From Callorhinchus milii (Eukaryota), in NCBI RefSeq assembly GCF_018977255.1, contig NW_024704765.1:5766001-5830000 (forward strand): a stretch of 64,000 nucleotides of DNA. Reading direction: 5' to 3'. The notes under the pieces are model-generated. The model searched no databases and was not told where the DNA came from. It saw only the letters and a program-made list of their open reading frames with translations. This document shows positions 62,880 through 64,000 of the stretch, piece by piece. A program made the position numbers and the translations under genes. Each line of letters opens with the position of its first letter. Position 1 is the first letter of the stretch.

Positions 62880-63922
62880 CTGCATAAACGGCTTCTCCTC
62901 CCGCTCTCATCCGGTTACCTGTGGGGTACCCCAAGGAACCATCCTTGGCCTCCTCCTCTTTCTGATCCACATGCTCCCTCTTGGGGATGTCATCCGCAGA
63001 CATGGGGTACATTTCCACATGTATGCAGATGACACCCAACTCTACTTTTCCATCTCTCTTTGCGACCCCTCAGTCCCCTGATGTTCTGCCTGTCAGACCT
63101 CAGGGGCTGGATGAGCGCAAACTTCCTTCAGCTGAACGTTGACAAGACGGAAGCCATACTCTTCGGCTCTCATCATCGTCTAAAATCTCACGGTTCTCAC
63201 CTCCTCCACCTACCCGACTCCCCTAACTCTCCGACCTGTACGCACCTAGGCATCAGGTTCGACCCCCAATTATCCTTCCTCCCCCGCATCCGGTCCCTCA
63301 CCTCCGACGCATCGCCCGTCTCCGCCAATACCTCTCCCCAAAAGTCGCTGAAACTCTGGTCCCTGCCTTTGTCACCTCCTGGCTGGACTATTCAAACGCC
63401 CTCCTCGCCGGTCTCCCCTCCACTACCATCCATAAAATCCAATTCATTCAGAACTCTGCTGCTCACATTCTCACCCGTGCGAAACTCCGCTCCCCGATTA
63501 CACCAGTCCTTACCCGTCTGCACTGGCTGCCTGTCCCAGAGAGGATCGATTTCAAGATCATCACCCTTGTATTCAAGTCCCCGCACTCCTCTGCACCTCC
63601 TACCTCTCTGACCTCCTCTCTCCTCAAAACCGTACCCGTTGCCTTCGTTCCTCCAGGTCTGTCCTCCGCTCCACCCTTGGTGGCCGTGCCTTCAGCCACT
63701 ATGCCCCGAGGCTCTTGAACTCCCTTCCTCACTCCCTTCGTCTCGCTCGCTCCCATCCCATTTTCAGGTCTCTGCTGAAGACCTTTCTTTTCGATCGCGC
63801 TTTTGGTCACCTTCCCCCCCTCTCCCCCTCCCCCTGGCTCGGTCCCGGGATCCGTTACTGTAAAGCGCTCTGAGACGCCGTCCGGCGTGGAGGGCGCTAT
63901 ATAAATCCAAGTTGTTGTTTTT
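62880..63922 (+). mobile_element. 5'-truncated, frameshifted L2-clade LINE (RT C-terminus, 3' UTR and tail)
   Basis: GVPQG...LGLLLF, FHMYADDTQLYFS (RT catalytic YADD), WMSANFLQLNVDKTEAILFG, LHWLPVPERIDFKII; tail gtaaagcgctctgagacg...ggcgctatataaatccaag(ttg)n. Confidence 0.92.
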
Positions 63923-64000
63923 GTTAATCTACACCCAATCTGTTGGGAAACATTACATTTTTCACATTACATTTACAGTGAGTGTAAGTTTAATGTAAGC

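Overview
Eukaryotic vertebrate DNA, most likely a cartilaginous fish (inferred from the Deu-domain-like tRNA-SINEs, L2/CR1 LINE remnants and protein divergence). It is a compact, gene-dense block syntenic with human 1p36. Six intron-containing genes can be assembled exon by exon from splice signals and phase: CASP9 (-, 214-4759), head-to-head with DDOST (+, 5171-10888); DDI2 (+, from 12548) with a downstream RSC1A1-like UBA exon (19184-21213); FBXO42 (+, 26714-34265); CPLANE2/RSG1 (+, 42579-46036); and an ANO7-like anoctamin (+, 48950-60876). Main points: (1) a 60-nt stop-containing cassette exon appears to switch DDI2 between a 411-aa UIM-ending form and a 1082-aa DDI2-RSC1A1 fusion ending in a UBA domain; (2) a full 23-exon anoctamin lies where human has the ANO7L1 pseudogene; (3) CASP9 exon 8 and ANO7-like exon 3 each carry a 1-nt frameshift, either assembly error or real lesion; (4) CPLANE2 has a U12-type intron and ANO7-like has a GC-AG intron; (5) the CASP9/DDOST bidirectional promoter has mirror-image ETS-CRE motifs; (6) a strand-skewed minisatellite lies beside each CpG-island promoter. 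No rRNA, true tRNA or CRISPR array was seen. Most long ORFs in the supplied track are artefacts of GC-rich repeats. Human comparisons are from memory, not from a search.
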